NCBI GenBank assembly: GCA_035553795.1
Contig: DATMJU010000733.1
Location: 1-43,607 of the forward strand
Direction: 5' to 3'
DNA: 43,607 bases
From: Vicinamibacterales bacterium
Lineage (GTDB): Bacteria > Acidobacteriota > Vicinamibacteria > Vicinamibacterales > UBA2999
Each line of letters starts with the position of its first letter. Positions within the stretch are counted from its first letter, which is position 1. Below are positions 32,580-40,832 of this stretch, piece by piece. The translations under genes were made by a program, and so were the position numbers. The notes beneath the pieces are model-generated. The model saw nothing but the letters and a program-made list of their open reading frames with translations, was not told the DNA's origin and did no database searches.

Positions 32580-32669
32580 GGTGGCCGAGTGGCCGAAGGC
32601 GGCGGTTTGCTAAACCGTTGTAGGGCCTTTAAAGTCCTACCGAGGGTTCGAATCCCTCCCTCACCGCCA
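32575..32669 (+). tRNA. tRNA-Ser (anticodon GCU), class II with a long variable arm and encoded CCA
   Basis: Acceptor GGTGAGG/CCTCACC, D arm GCCGAGTGGCCGAAGGC, anticodon loop TTGCTAA, a long variable arm, T arm GAGGG-TTCGAAT-CCCTC, discriminator G and CCA. Confidence 0.9.
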
Positions 32670-32715
32670 GTTTCACGCGCTGTTTTCGCGCATCCGCACC
32701 GCCCGCCCGGGCACG

Positions 32716-33879
32716 TCACCCCTTGTAGCTGACACGGTAGATCACGCCGGCCTCGTCGTCGGACACGAGCAGGGCGCCGTCGGGCATGACGAACACGTCG
32801 GCCGGACGCCCCCAGGCATCGCCGACGGCCCCGCGGGGGCTCGACTGCCGGATGCCCCGCAGCCACCCCTCGGCGAATGGGGTGTAGCTCACCGGCTTGT
32901 TGCCGTCGAGCTTGATCAGCATCACGCGGTATCCCTGCGGCTGCGACCGGTTCCACGATCCGTGCTCCGCCACGAAGATCTGGTTGCGATATTCCTCGGG
33001 GAACATCCGGCCCGTGTAGAACTTCATGCCGATCGCCGCCACGTGCGCGCCGAGGTTCAGCGCCGGGCGCTCGAACTCGCTGCACTTGCGCTTGCTGCCG
33101 AACTCGGGATCCGGAATGTCGTCGCCGTGACAGTACGGGAAGCCGAAGTGCAGGCCCGGCTTGTGCGCCCGCAGGAGCTCGTCGGGCGGCACGTCGTCGC
33201 CCATCATGTCGCGGCCGTTGTCGGCGATCCACAGCTCGCGCGTCCGGGGATGCCAGTCGAACCCCACCGTGTTGCGGATGCCGCGGGCAAAAATCTCGAG
33301 GCCGCTGCCGTCCGGCTTCATTCGCGTGATCGTCGCGAACCGCTCGTCGTCGGGGCGCTCGCAGATGTTGCAGGGAGCGCCGACCGGCACGTACAGCCAC
33401 CCGTCGGGGCCGAACCCGAGGTACTTCCACCCGTGCGCACGCTCGGTGGGGAACTGGTCGTTGACCACCACCGGCTCGGGCGGCGACTCGAGCTTTGCCT
33501 CGATGTCGTCGTAGCGGATCACGCGGCTCACTTCGGCGACGTACAGTGAGCCGTTCCTGAAGGCGATGCCGCTCGGCATGTTCAGCCCGGTGGCGATCAC
33601 GTGGACGCGATCGGCCTTCTGGTCTCCGTCGGCGTCGACGACGGCATAGACGCGGCGCGCATTGCGGCTCCCCACGAAAAGGGTGCCCTTGTCGCCGAGC
33701 GCCATCTGGCGGGCGTTCGGCACATCGGCCGAGTACACCGCGATGGAGAACCCGGGCGGCAGCTTGATCTGGTCGAGCGGCAGCGTCTTCTCCTGCGCTG
33801 CGGGCATGTACGTCGATGGCGCGGCGACGGAAACGACGCACGCCAGCCCAGCCACGGCAATCAGGCGAGTCATATCCAC
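32716..33879 (-). CDS. PQQ-dependent sugar (glucose/sorbosone) dehydrogenase family, secreted
   Basis: Signal-peptide-like N-terminus. LPPGFSIAVY...ARQMALGDKGTLFVG...GLNMPSGIAFRNGSLYVAE and beta-propeller-type repeats typical of the GSDH family. Confidence 0.7.
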   Translation of the reverse strand: MDMTRLIAVAGLACVVSVAAPSTYMPAAQEKTLPLDQIKLPPGFSIAVYSADVPNARQMALGDKGTLFVGSRNARRVYAVVDADGDQKADRVHVIATGLNMPSGIAFRNGSLYVAEVSRVIRYDDIEAKLESPPEPVVVNDQFPTERAHGWKYLGFGPDGWLYVPVGAPCNICERPDDERFATITRMKPDGSGLEIFARGIRNTVGFDWHPRTRELWIADNGRDMMGDDVPPDELLRAHKPGLHFGFPYCHGDDIPDPEFGSKRKCSEFERPALNLGAHVAAIGMKFYTGRMFPEEYRNQIFVAEHGSWNRSQPQGYRVMLIKLDGNKPVSYTPFAEGWLRGIRQSSPRGAVGDAWGRPADVFVMPDGALLVSDDEAGVIYRVSYKG

Positions 33880-33977
33880 GATGCTAAGAGATTCGGTCGG
33901 CGCTTGCCAATCGGCGCTGCCGCGGTGCCGTCGCCCTGCCGAAGGCGGTTCGGCGTTTTGCTGTACGATTTTCGGGA

Positions 33978-35051
33978 ATGCTCGTCGCCCTGGCGATCGT
34001 GCTGTTCCTGATCCTGCTGAACGCGCTGTACGTCGCGGGCGAATTCGCAGCGGTAGGGGCGCGCAGGAGCCGCCTGCGGCGTCTCGCAGACGATGGCAAC
34101 GCCCTCGCCAGGCGGATGCTCCCCGTGGTCGACGACGCGCAGGCGCTCGATCGCTACATCGCCGTTTCGCAGGTCGGGATCACGCTCTCGAGCCTCGTGC
34201 TCGGCGCGTACGGGCAGGCAGCCATCGCGCCGCGCGTCAGCCCCTGGGTGACCGCGTGGACGGGCATGGATCCGCTGGCGGCGTACTCGACGACCGCCGT
34301 CGTGCTCCTCCTCGTGCTGACGGCCGCGCAGATGGTGCTCGGCGAGCTCGTGCCGAAGTCGATCGCCCTCCAGTACCCCACCCGGACGGCGCTGCTGACC
34401 GTGCTGCCGATGCAGTGGTCCATGCGCGTCTCCAAATGGGCCGTCGACGTGCTGAACGGAAGCGGCATGCTGCTGATGCGCGCGCTGGGCATCGACGTGA
34501 CCGGGCATCGCCACGTCCACTCGCCCGACGAGATCGACCTGCTGATCGCCGAGAGCCGTGATGGCGGGCTGCTCGAAGCCGAGGAACAGGTCCGGCTCCA
34601 GCGCGCGCTGCGCCTGGGCGGCCGCACGGCGGGTCAGTTGATGGTGCCGAGGGAGCGCCTGTCGGCGCTGGACGTCGCCACGCCGTATCCGGAAGTCCTG
34701 CGCCTCGTGGCGGCGAGCCCGTACAGCCGGCTGCCGGTGTACGACGGCACGCCGCTCAACCTGGTGGGCGTCCTCCACACGAAGGACGTCGTGACGGCGT
34801 TCGTGGGGCGCGGCCGGCTGAACGCCTCCTCGCTCCTTCGCCCGCTCGTGCGGGTGCGCGCCGACATGCCGGCCGACCGCCTGCTCGGATTCCTCCGCGA
34901 GCAGCGCAGCCACCAGGCCTTCGTCGAGAACGCTCACGGGCTGGTCGTCGGGCTCGTGACGCTCGAGGACGTTGTCGCCGAGCTCCTGGGGGACGTCGCC
35001 GACGAGTTCAAGGGCACCCGGCGCCGGCGCCGGCCGCAGGACCGGCGATGA
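33978..35051 (+). CDS. DUF21/CNNM plus CBS-domain membrane protein (hemolysin/CorC-like), short form
   Basis: LNALYVAGEFAAVGARRSRL is the DUF21 signature, followed by a CBS-like region. No CorC_HlyC tail. Confidence 0.7.
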   Translation: MLVALAIVLFLILLNALYVAGEFAAVGARRSRLRRLADDGNALARRMLPVVDDAQALDRYIAVSQVGITLSSLVLGAYGQAAIAPRVSPWVTAWTGMDPLAAYSTTAVVLLLVLTAAQMVLGELVPKSIALQYPTRTALLTVLPMQWSMRVSKWAVDVLNGSGMLLMRALGIDVTGHRHVHSPDEIDLLIAESRDGGLLEAEEQVRLQRALRLGGRTAGQLMVPRERLSALDVATPYPEVLRLVAASPYSRLPVYDGTPLNLVGVLHTKDVVTAFVGRGRLNASSLLRPLVRVRADMPADRLLGFLREQRSHQAFVENAHGLVVGLVTLEDVVAELLGDVADEFKGTRRRRRPQDRR

Positions 35052-36343
35052 CGGCGCTCCTGATCATCACCGCGCTCATCCTGCTCAACGGCCTGTTCGT
35101 CGCCGCCGAGTTCGCCATTGTCGGAGCGCCGAAGGCCGCGATCGAACGGCGCGCCGCGTCCGGACACCGGCTCGCGCGGGCGGTCCTCGGCGTGCTGCGC
35201 GATACGCGTCAGCAGGACCGTTACATCGCGACGGCGCAGCTCGGGATCACGCTGGCGAGCCTCGGTCTCGGCATGTACGGCGAGCACGTTCTCGCCGAAG
35301 CGCTGTATCGCCTGCTCGGCGGCACCGGCGGCCCTGCCTGGCTCGCCTCCCACACGTTCGCGAGCGTGCTCGCCGTGTCGGTGCTGACCTACTTCCACAT
35401 CGTCCTCGGGGAGATGGTGCCGAAGTCGCTCGCCCTCCAGCGCGCCGAGACGATCGTGCTCTGGATCACGCCGGCGATGCTGTGGACGAAGACGCTGCTC
35501 TTCCCGCTCGTTGCCGGCCTCAACGGCCTCGGCACGCTGATCATGAGAGCGATGGGCATACGCCGGCAGGCGCAGCACGCCGAGCAGTACTACACCCCCG
35601 AGGAGCTCCAGTTGATCGTGCAGGAGAGCGAGATGCGGGGCGCGCTCCGCCGCGACGCGAGCCGCATGCTCCAGGAGCTGTTCGAGTTCGGCGACCTCAC
35701 GGCCGAACAGGTGATGGTGCCCCGCGTCCGCATCATCGGCATCGAGGTCGGCACGTCACCCGCGGAGATCCGGGAGATGCTCGGCACCGCGCCGCACACC
35801 CGCTACCCCGTCTACGAGAAGGACCTCGATCACATCATCGGCATGATTCACATCAAGGACCTGCTGGGCCTGCTGCTGCGCGACGAGACCATCGCCGCCT
35901 CGCACGCGCGGCCGCTGCCGCTCATGCCGGTCACGGCGGAGCTCGACGACGTGCTCGAGACGATGCGGCGCGAGGAGACGCAGATGGTGATCGTGCTCGA
36001 CGAGCACGGCGGCACGGCCGGCATCGTCACGCTCGAAGATCTCTTCGAGGAGGTCGTCGGAGAGATCGGCGAGAGCCCGACGGATACGCCGCCGTTCTAC
36101 CGGGATGCGCAGGGCCGCCTGCGCGTGCCGGGAACGATGCGCGTCGACGAGGTGGGCCAGCAGTTCAACCTGGACGTCGAGCACGAGGAGGTCGACAGCG
36201 TCAGCGGGCTCGTGCTCACGCTGCTCGGCCGAGTGCCGAGGGTGGGAGATTCGGTGCGCTACGAGCGGCTCCTCTTCGAGGTCACTGCCGTCAAGGGGCA
36301 CGGTGTGGAGGAGTGTGCGGTATTGCTGGAGGACGCCCGGTAG
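35048..36343 (+). CDS. DUF21/CNNM, CBS and CorC_HlyC-domain protein (hemolysin/CorC-like)
   Basis: LNGLFVAAEFAIVGAPKAAIE (DUF21), a CBS pair and a C-terminal transporter-associated domain. ATGA overlap with the upstream paralogue. Confidence 0.75.
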   Translation: MTALLIITALILLNGLFVAAEFAIVGAPKAAIERRAASGHRLARAVLGVLRDTRQQDRYIATAQLGITLASLGLGMYGEHVLAEALYRLLGGTGGPAWLASHTFASVLAVSVLTYFHIVLGEMVPKSLALQRAETIVLWITPAMLWTKTLLFPLVAGLNGLGTLIMRAMGIRRQAQHAEQYYTPEELQLIVQESEMRGALRRDASRMLQELFEFGDLTAEQVMVPRVRIIGIEVGTSPAEIREMLGTAPHTRYPVYEKDLDHIIGMIHIKDLLGLLLRDETIAASHARPLPLMPVTAELDDVLETMRREETQMVIVLDEHGGTAGIVTLEDLFEEVVGEIGESPTDTPPFYRDAQGRLRVPGTMRVDEVGQQFNLDVEHEEVDSVSGLVLTLLGRVPRVGDSVRYERLLFEVTAVKGHGVEECAVLLEDAR

Positions 36344-36380
36344 CAGGGGTCCGGTAGTCGCGGCCCGGTAGAGGCCGGCT

Positions 36381-37154
36381 TCAGCCGGCCTTCAACCGCA
36401 CGCCGGGCATGAACAACGTCTTCGCCGTCAACTCCTGCACGTCGAGCCCTGCCCCCTTCGCCAGCAGCCGCTGGCGCGGGGGCAGCGGCACGCGGAAGCG
36501 CCACTCGTCCTCGCGCCCGCCCGCGGCGGTAACCGCCGTTCTCCACTCGCTCCACCAGAGATTCACGCGGCGCCCGATCGGCTCGATCACGAGCACCGCG
36601 GCGCCGCGGCGGTGCGCGTCGGCCAGCTTCCGGAGCAGCGCCGCGCGGACGTCCTCCGGCAGTTCGTTGACCGAGTACGCGGCGAGCACGAGCCGATCGG
36701 TCGCCGGGTTGATTGCGGTGTTGCGGATGTTCGACACGATCGCGCGCCCGCGGAGGCGGAGCGCGCGATACGTCCAGTTCGCTTCCGCGACTGCCCATGG
36801 GTTCAGGTCGTGCCCTTCGACCGCGGCGCCGGTGTCGAGGGCGATCGCGGCGCCGGCGGTGCCGGTACCGCAGCCGAGATCGAGGATGGTGCGCGGCGCC
36901 CTCCCGGCCGACGCCGCCAGCGCGCGCCAGATCTCGCGCGCGACGAAGAAGTGCTGTGGCCCGTAGAACAACGCGAAGGCGGCGCGCTTGCCGGCACCGT
37001 CGAGCGCCCCCCCGCGCGCGAGCTTCTCGCGCCGCTCGACGTAGCACGACGACAGCGCGCGCAGCGCGCGCGTCACTTCCGGCTGCGTCAGGTCCGCGAG
37101 GTGGCGCTCGTCGAGCGCCGTCAGCCACGCCTGCGCGAGGTCGCTGTCGCCCAC
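36381..37154 (-). CDS. Class I SAM-dependent methyltransferase
   Basis: Motif I ILDLGCGTGTAGAAIA. 257 aa. Confidence 0.65.
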   Translation of the reverse strand: MGDSDLAQAWLTALDERHLADLTQPEVTRALRALSSCYVERREKLARGGALDGAGKRAAFALFYGPQHFFVAREIWRALAASAGRAPRTILDLGCGTGTAGAAIALDTGAAVEGHDLNPWAVAEANWTYRALRLRGRAIVSNIRNTAINPATDRLVLAAYSVNELPEDVRAALLRKLADAHRRGAAVLVIEPIGRRVNLWWSEWRTAVTAAGGREDEWRFRVPLPPRQRLLAKGAGLDVQELTAKTLFMPGVRLKAG

Positions 37155-37212
37155 GCACCGCAGTCTACCAACGTGTGCGCCGCCGCAAGGCCGGGGCCGG
37201 TATTGCGGCGTC

Positions 37213-37241
37213 TTGACACGTTACTACGTTATACGTAGTAT
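37213..37241 (+). promoter_or_regulatory. Sigma70-like promoter with an embedded palindrome upstream of the PadR gene
   Basis: TTGACA (37213-37218), a 17-nt spacer, then TAGTAT (37236-37241). The inverted repeat TACTACG-ttata-CGTAGTA (37222-37240) spans the spacer and -10 element. Confidence 0.5.
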
Positions 37242-37258
37242 TACGCCTCACGGAGCAA

Positions 37259-37600
37259 GTGATGCCACGACTCTCTTCCGAACAGCAGCAGGAACTCGAC
37301 GACTTCGGGCGCTTCGCCGAACCTGCGCTCCTGGTGCTCGTCAGCCTCGCCGACGGTCCAAAGCACGGGTACGCCATGACCGAAGACATCGCCGAAATGG
37401 CGGGCGTGCGGATGGGTCCAGGCACGCTGTACGGCGCGCTCACGCGTCTCGAGGCGCGCGGGCTCATCGAGCCGCTCGCATCGGAGGACCGCCGGAATCC
37501 CTACCGCCTCACGATGCTGGGCGAGCGCGCGCTGCGCGCCCGGCTGGCAAGCATCGAGGCCGTGGCGCGTGTCGCACGGCGCCGGCTGGCTGCCGCCTGA
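37259..37600 (+). CDS. padR: PadR-family transcriptional regulator
   Basis: GPKHGYAMTEDIAEMAGVRMGPGTLYGALTRLEARGLIE is the PadR winged-helix signature. Confidence 0.8.
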   Translation: MMPRLSSEQQQELDDFGRFAEPALLVLVSLADGPKHGYAMTEDIAEMAGVRMGPGTLYGALTRLEARGLIEPLASEDRRNPYRLTMLGERALRARLASIEAVARVARRRLAAA

Positions 37601-37601
37601 C

Positions 37602-38114
37602 ATGTCCTGGCTTCGCGCAGCGCTCATCCGCCTGTATCCGACCGACTGGCGCCGCCGCTATGGCGGCGAGATGGCGGCACTCCTCGAGCAGGGGCCGCTC
37701 ACCCTTCGCGCCGCGATCGACCTCGTCGCCGGCGCGATCGACGCACGCTTCAACCCTCAGTGGACGCCAGCGAGCGTCCCCCCACCCGAGAAAGGAATGG
37801 CCATGACGACACGAATGTTCCGGTGCGCTCCAGCAGGCGTGACGGTCCGCGACCAGTGGAGGAGCGCCGGCTGGATGATCGGCGGTTCCATCGCGCTGAC
37901 AACCCTCGGCATCGCGCTCAGGACGGCCTGGGGGCCCAACGCGCTGTCGGAGGGCCTGCTCTATGCCGCGTTCCCCGCAGCGCTGATGCTCTCGAGCGAA
38001 TGCACGTACCTGAAGCCCTACTCCCGCCGCGCCCGAACGACGATGGCGGCCGGGGGCGCACTGCTGATCGTGCTGATCGTCTGGGCGGCGGTTGCGGTGG
38101 CGTCCCGGATCTGA
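37602..38114 (+). CDS. PadR-associated membrane protein
   Basis: ATG 37602 is 2 nt after the PadR stop. The N-terminus reads MSWLRAALIRLYPTDWRRRYGGEM. C-terminal hydrophobic helices are present. Confidence 0.55.
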   Translation: MSWLRAALIRLYPTDWRRRYGGEMAALLEQGPLTLRAAIDLVAGAIDARFNPQWTPASVPPPEKGMAMTTRMFRCAPAGVTVRDQWRSAGWMIGGSIALTTLGIALRTAWGPNALSEGLLYAAFPAALMLSSECTYLKPYSRRARTTMAAGGALLIVLIVWAAVAVASRI

Positions 38115-38168
38115 GCCGAAGGCGGCGGCAGGGTCCTCGGCTGCGGGTGGCGCGCGTCCGCGCGGATC

Positions 38169-38831
38169 TCACCGACGTCCGTTGTCGTGCTGCACGGCGA
38201 TCAGTTCCCGCCGCTCGGGATCGAACGTCACGAGCGTGACTTCGCGGGGGACGAACCGCAGGCGGCGCTGCAGGGCAAGGCGCGGCGGAACGCCCTCCCC
38301 TCCGGCGGCGGCAGGCACACGAGGAAGCACGTCGCCGAGCGTGGGGTCGGAAGCGGCCGCCGGGTGCGTGCCTGAGGGGGGCGCGTTCTCGGATCCCGGA
38401 GCGCCCGGCGCGACATCCGGATCGAGGCGCTCGAACCGTACGTCCACCGCCCTGTCGCCTGGCGTAACCACCACTTCACGGAACACGTACACCCGGCGGT
38501 CGCGCCGGAGCCCGCCGCCGTGCACGATCTGGTCGGCGACGACCTCGCCGTCCAGCCTGACCTGCAGCCGGTACTCCGCGGTCGTGCCCGCGCAGACCAC
38601 CTCCTGCCGCATGTGACGCGGCAGCGCCGCCAGTTCCTCTTCGGTCTGGCGGCGGCACCGTTCGATGCGCTCGGGCCGGGCACTCCACGCCAGGCGCAGC
38701 ATCGCGTCCGGGGAGGGATTGGCGGTCATCGGGGCGCTGGATGCACACGCCAGGCCGAGTGCCACCGCCGCGGCCGCGCCAGCTCCCGCCGCGCGCGTCA
38801 GCAACCTCATTCCTGCCGTACGCGTTCGCAC
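38169..38831 (-). CDS. Putative lipoprotein, function unknown
   Basis: Signal peptide with a lipobox-like VALGLAC. 220 aa. Confidence 0.5.
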   Translation of the reverse strand: MRTRTAGMRLLTRAAGAGAAAAVALGLACASSAPMTANPSPDAMLRLAWSARPERIERCRRQTEEELAALPRHMRQEVVCAGTTAEYRLQVRLDGEVVADQIVHGGGLRRDRRVYVFREVVVTPGDRAVDVRFERLDPDVAPGAPGSENAPPSGTHPAAASDPTLGDVLPRVPAAAGGEGVPPRLALQRRLRFVPREVTLVTFDPERRELIAVQHDNGRR

Positions 38832-40354
38832 GCGACCTCCTGAAGCCGGTCGGCACGGGACCGGGAGGGGCCGAGGCGGCGGATGTCGGCGGTGAAGGCA
38901 CGGACCGCCTCGAGGGCGGCCGGCCGTTCACCCGCACTTGCACTGACGATGCGGACACGTGCGCGATCCACCCGCGGCTGGAGCTCTGCTTCTCGTGCGT
39001 GGTACACGCGTTCGTTCAGCCAGCGCGCGCCCTCGCGACTCCAGCAGTCGCGCGGCTGGCACGTGAGCACCAGCACCCCCTCTACGCCGCCGCGGAGCAG
39101 ATGTTCGATCACGGACGTGTGCATGTTGCCGGCACACGGGATCGGCAGGGGAGCGACACCGGTCGCGGCGAGATCCGCCGCAAAGCGGCCGGCGCCGCGC
39201 TCGCAGCAGATCGCGACGATCGCCGCGCGGCGGGAGGGCGCGCTCGCGAGAAACGCCCGCACCCCACTGAGCTGGTCGCGCCCTGTGCGCCCCGGCGGTC
39301 CGACACCCATCGGCGGGCACGACCCGGCACAGATACCGCAGCTCACGCAGAGAGACGGATCGACGCGCGCGACCAGCTCCGAGCGGTGGCTCGCACGCTC
39401 GACCATCGTGATCGCGCCATAGGGACAGTCCAGTGAGCACTGCACGCACCCGACGCAGATCTCCTCGTCCACGGCCGATGGCGGGGAGGCCGCTCCGCCC
39501 TGCCGCGCCGTGAAGAACGGCACCGCGACGATGGCGAGCCCCGCCGAGACGGCAATGAGCAGCGCCGTGCCCCCGCCGGTCGCGCGCACGATCGGGATCC
39601 AGAAGGCAAAGAACAGGTCCGCAGGCACGTCGCCGGGGAGGACGAACGGATCCCCCTTCGGCAGCATCTCGAGCGGCCGCACGATCGCCAGCGCGAGGAG
39701 CCCGAGCACCACCGTCCAGGTCACCGGACGCGACGGCAGCATCGCCGGGCGTGCGAGGCGCTTGATGTGCAGCCAGAACACGACCCCCATCCCGAGCGGC
39801 ACCGCGATGTGCGCAAACAGGTTCAGGAAGAAGAACGCGGCCGGAAGCGGCTCCTCCCCCGTGAACGCCCGGCTCGTCGGCTCCGACAGCACGGGCAGCG
39901 TGTCGATCATGCGGGCTCCCTCGCGCGCGAGGTACTGCCCGAACGTGTCCCACACCATCACGTAGCCGGTCCAGCCGCAGACGAAGACCAGGAGGAGGAG
40001 GATCGCACCGCTGACCCAGGCGAGCGTCCGCGCCCCCCAGCTGCGTCCCTGCGCGAACATCCGGAAGGCGTGCACCAGCGTGGCAAGGACGGCAAGATCG
40101 CTCGCGTACCGGTGCAGCGTGCGGACCCAGTTGCCCGTCCACGGGTCGGCCGTGATCCGGGCCACCGACTCCCACGGCGAGCCCACGCGGTAGAAGAGCG
40201 TCAGCCAGAGGCCGGTCACCAGCAGCACCAGATACAGGGCCACGACGATGGTGCCGCTCTGGTAGAGCGGGTTGAAGCGCGAGCCATACAGCCGATTGCA
40301 GATCGCATCCGCCCATGTGAGGACCACGAGCGCGGTGCGCTCGACCCGTCTCAC
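38807..40354 (-). CDS. Fusion protein: cytochrome b-like membrane domain, 2x[4Fe-4S] ferredoxin and an MvhD/FlpD-like hydrogenase iron-sulfur domain
   Basis: N-terminal multi-helix region with the cytochrome b-type motif LHRYASDLAVLATLVHAFRMF. CVGCVQCSLDCPYGAI and CVSCGICAGSCP are Fe-S motifs. The C-terminal IVAICCERGA...PCAGNMHTSVIEHLLRGGVEGVLVLTCQPRDCWSREG resembles MvhD. Confidence 0.6.
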   Translation of the reverse strand: MRRVERTALVVLTWADAICNRLYGSRFNPLYQSGTIVVALYLVLLVTGLWLTLFYRVGSPWESVARITADPWTGNWVRTLHRYASDLAVLATLVHAFRMFAQGRSWGARTLAWVSGAILLLLVFVCGWTGYVMVWDTFGQYLAREGARMIDTLPVLSEPTSRAFTGEEPLPAAFFFLNLFAHIAVPLGMGVVFWLHIKRLARPAMLPSRPVTWTVVLGLLALAIVRPLEMLPKGDPFVLPGDVPADLFFAFWIPIVRATGGGTALLIAVSAGLAIVAVPFFTARQGGAASPPSAVDEEICVGCVQCSLDCPYGAITMVERASHRSELVARVDPSLCVSCGICAGSCPPMGVGPPGRTGRDQLSGVRAFLASAPSRRAAIVAICCERGAGRFAADLAATGVAPLPIPCAGNMHTSVIEHLLRGGVEGVLVLTCQPRDCWSREGARWLNERVYHAREAELQPRVDRARVRIVSASAGERPAALEAVRAFTADIRRLGPSRSRADRLQEVACERVRQE

Positions 40355-40652
40355 CCGGGTGGGCGGCTGAACGGTTCGAGGCGGCGCCTCCAGCGGCTGG
40401 CCGCGGCCTGCCGGCGGTGCATCGCACTCGGCCGCGTGGCGCCGGGGGGCTGAACGGGGCAGCGTCTCCTCCTGAGGAACACCCTTCTGGCAGCGCCGGC
40501 AAGGGCGGGAGGCACCCTCCGTGCCCCTGCAGCGGATCTTCCCCGCTCGGGCGGCGCCGCCATATGACGCGCGTCATACGAGGCAGGCCGGCTGGTGCCT
40601 TATGCTCCGGGCCGTTCACGCCACAACGCCACATCTGCTGCGCAGGAGTGCC

Positions 40653-40823
40653 ATGAATCATTCATCTCGCCACGCGGAATCGGGCGAGGCCATCCCCCTC
40701 GGCCAGCGTCTGTTCGACAACGTGTTCCTGCTGCTCGGCGCGGGCCTCCTCGTGATGCTCGTGCTGTACACCGGCTGGGGCCTCTGGGAGATCCTGACGC
40801 TCCCCGAGGCGCCGCTGCCCTGA
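40653..40823 (+). CDS. Small single-helix membrane protein preceding the oxidase genes
   Basis: aggag lies upstream of ATG 40653. Contains the helix VFLLLGAGLLVMLVLYTGWGLW. Confidence 0.45.
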   Translation: MNHSSRHAESGEAIPLGQRLFDNVFLLLGAGLLVMLVLYTGWGLWEILTLPEAPLP

Positions 40824-40832
40824 GGTCCGACC

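Larger units (their letters stand above)
31..32613. mobile_element. Integrated genomic island of about 32.6 kb (defence island / non-conjugative integrative element) in tRNA-Ser
   Basis: 39-bp perfect direct repeats at both ends, an integrase and excisionase inside, DUF932/RadC-type mobile-element genes, a toxin-antitoxin pair at the edge, and a lower GC content by eye than the right flank. Confidence 0.8.

Noticed and set aside
31-32613. Integrative conjugative element (ICE) or prophage
   Set aside because: No relaxase, coupling protein, type IV secretion, capsid, terminase or tail genes are visible. Only an integrase, an excisionase and DUF932/RadC-type accessory genes are present, so I call it a non-conjugative island.
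32558-33841. 427-aa Arg-rich minus-strand ORF overlapping the dehydrogenase gene and the tRNA
   Set aside because: It is a shadow ORF of very GC-rich DNA with Arg/Pro/Gly-dominated low-complexity translation. The alternative frame 32716-33879 has recognisable PQQ-dehydrogenase sequence.
36381-37154. Methyltransferase as a missing modification partner of the defence locus
   Set aside because: It lies outside the island in high-GC core-like DNA, about 18 kb from the locus. It looks like a generic small class I SAM methyltransferase without DNA-methylase motifs that I can recognise.
33662-37238. Many long overlapping ORFs on both strands (33662-34561, 33870-34937, 34934-35578, 34972-36357, 35756-36301, 36259-37158, 36612-37238)
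   Set aside because: These are Arg/Ala/Pro-rich off-frame or antisense translations of the DUF21/CBS and methyltransferase genes. Only the frames with recognisable domains are kept.
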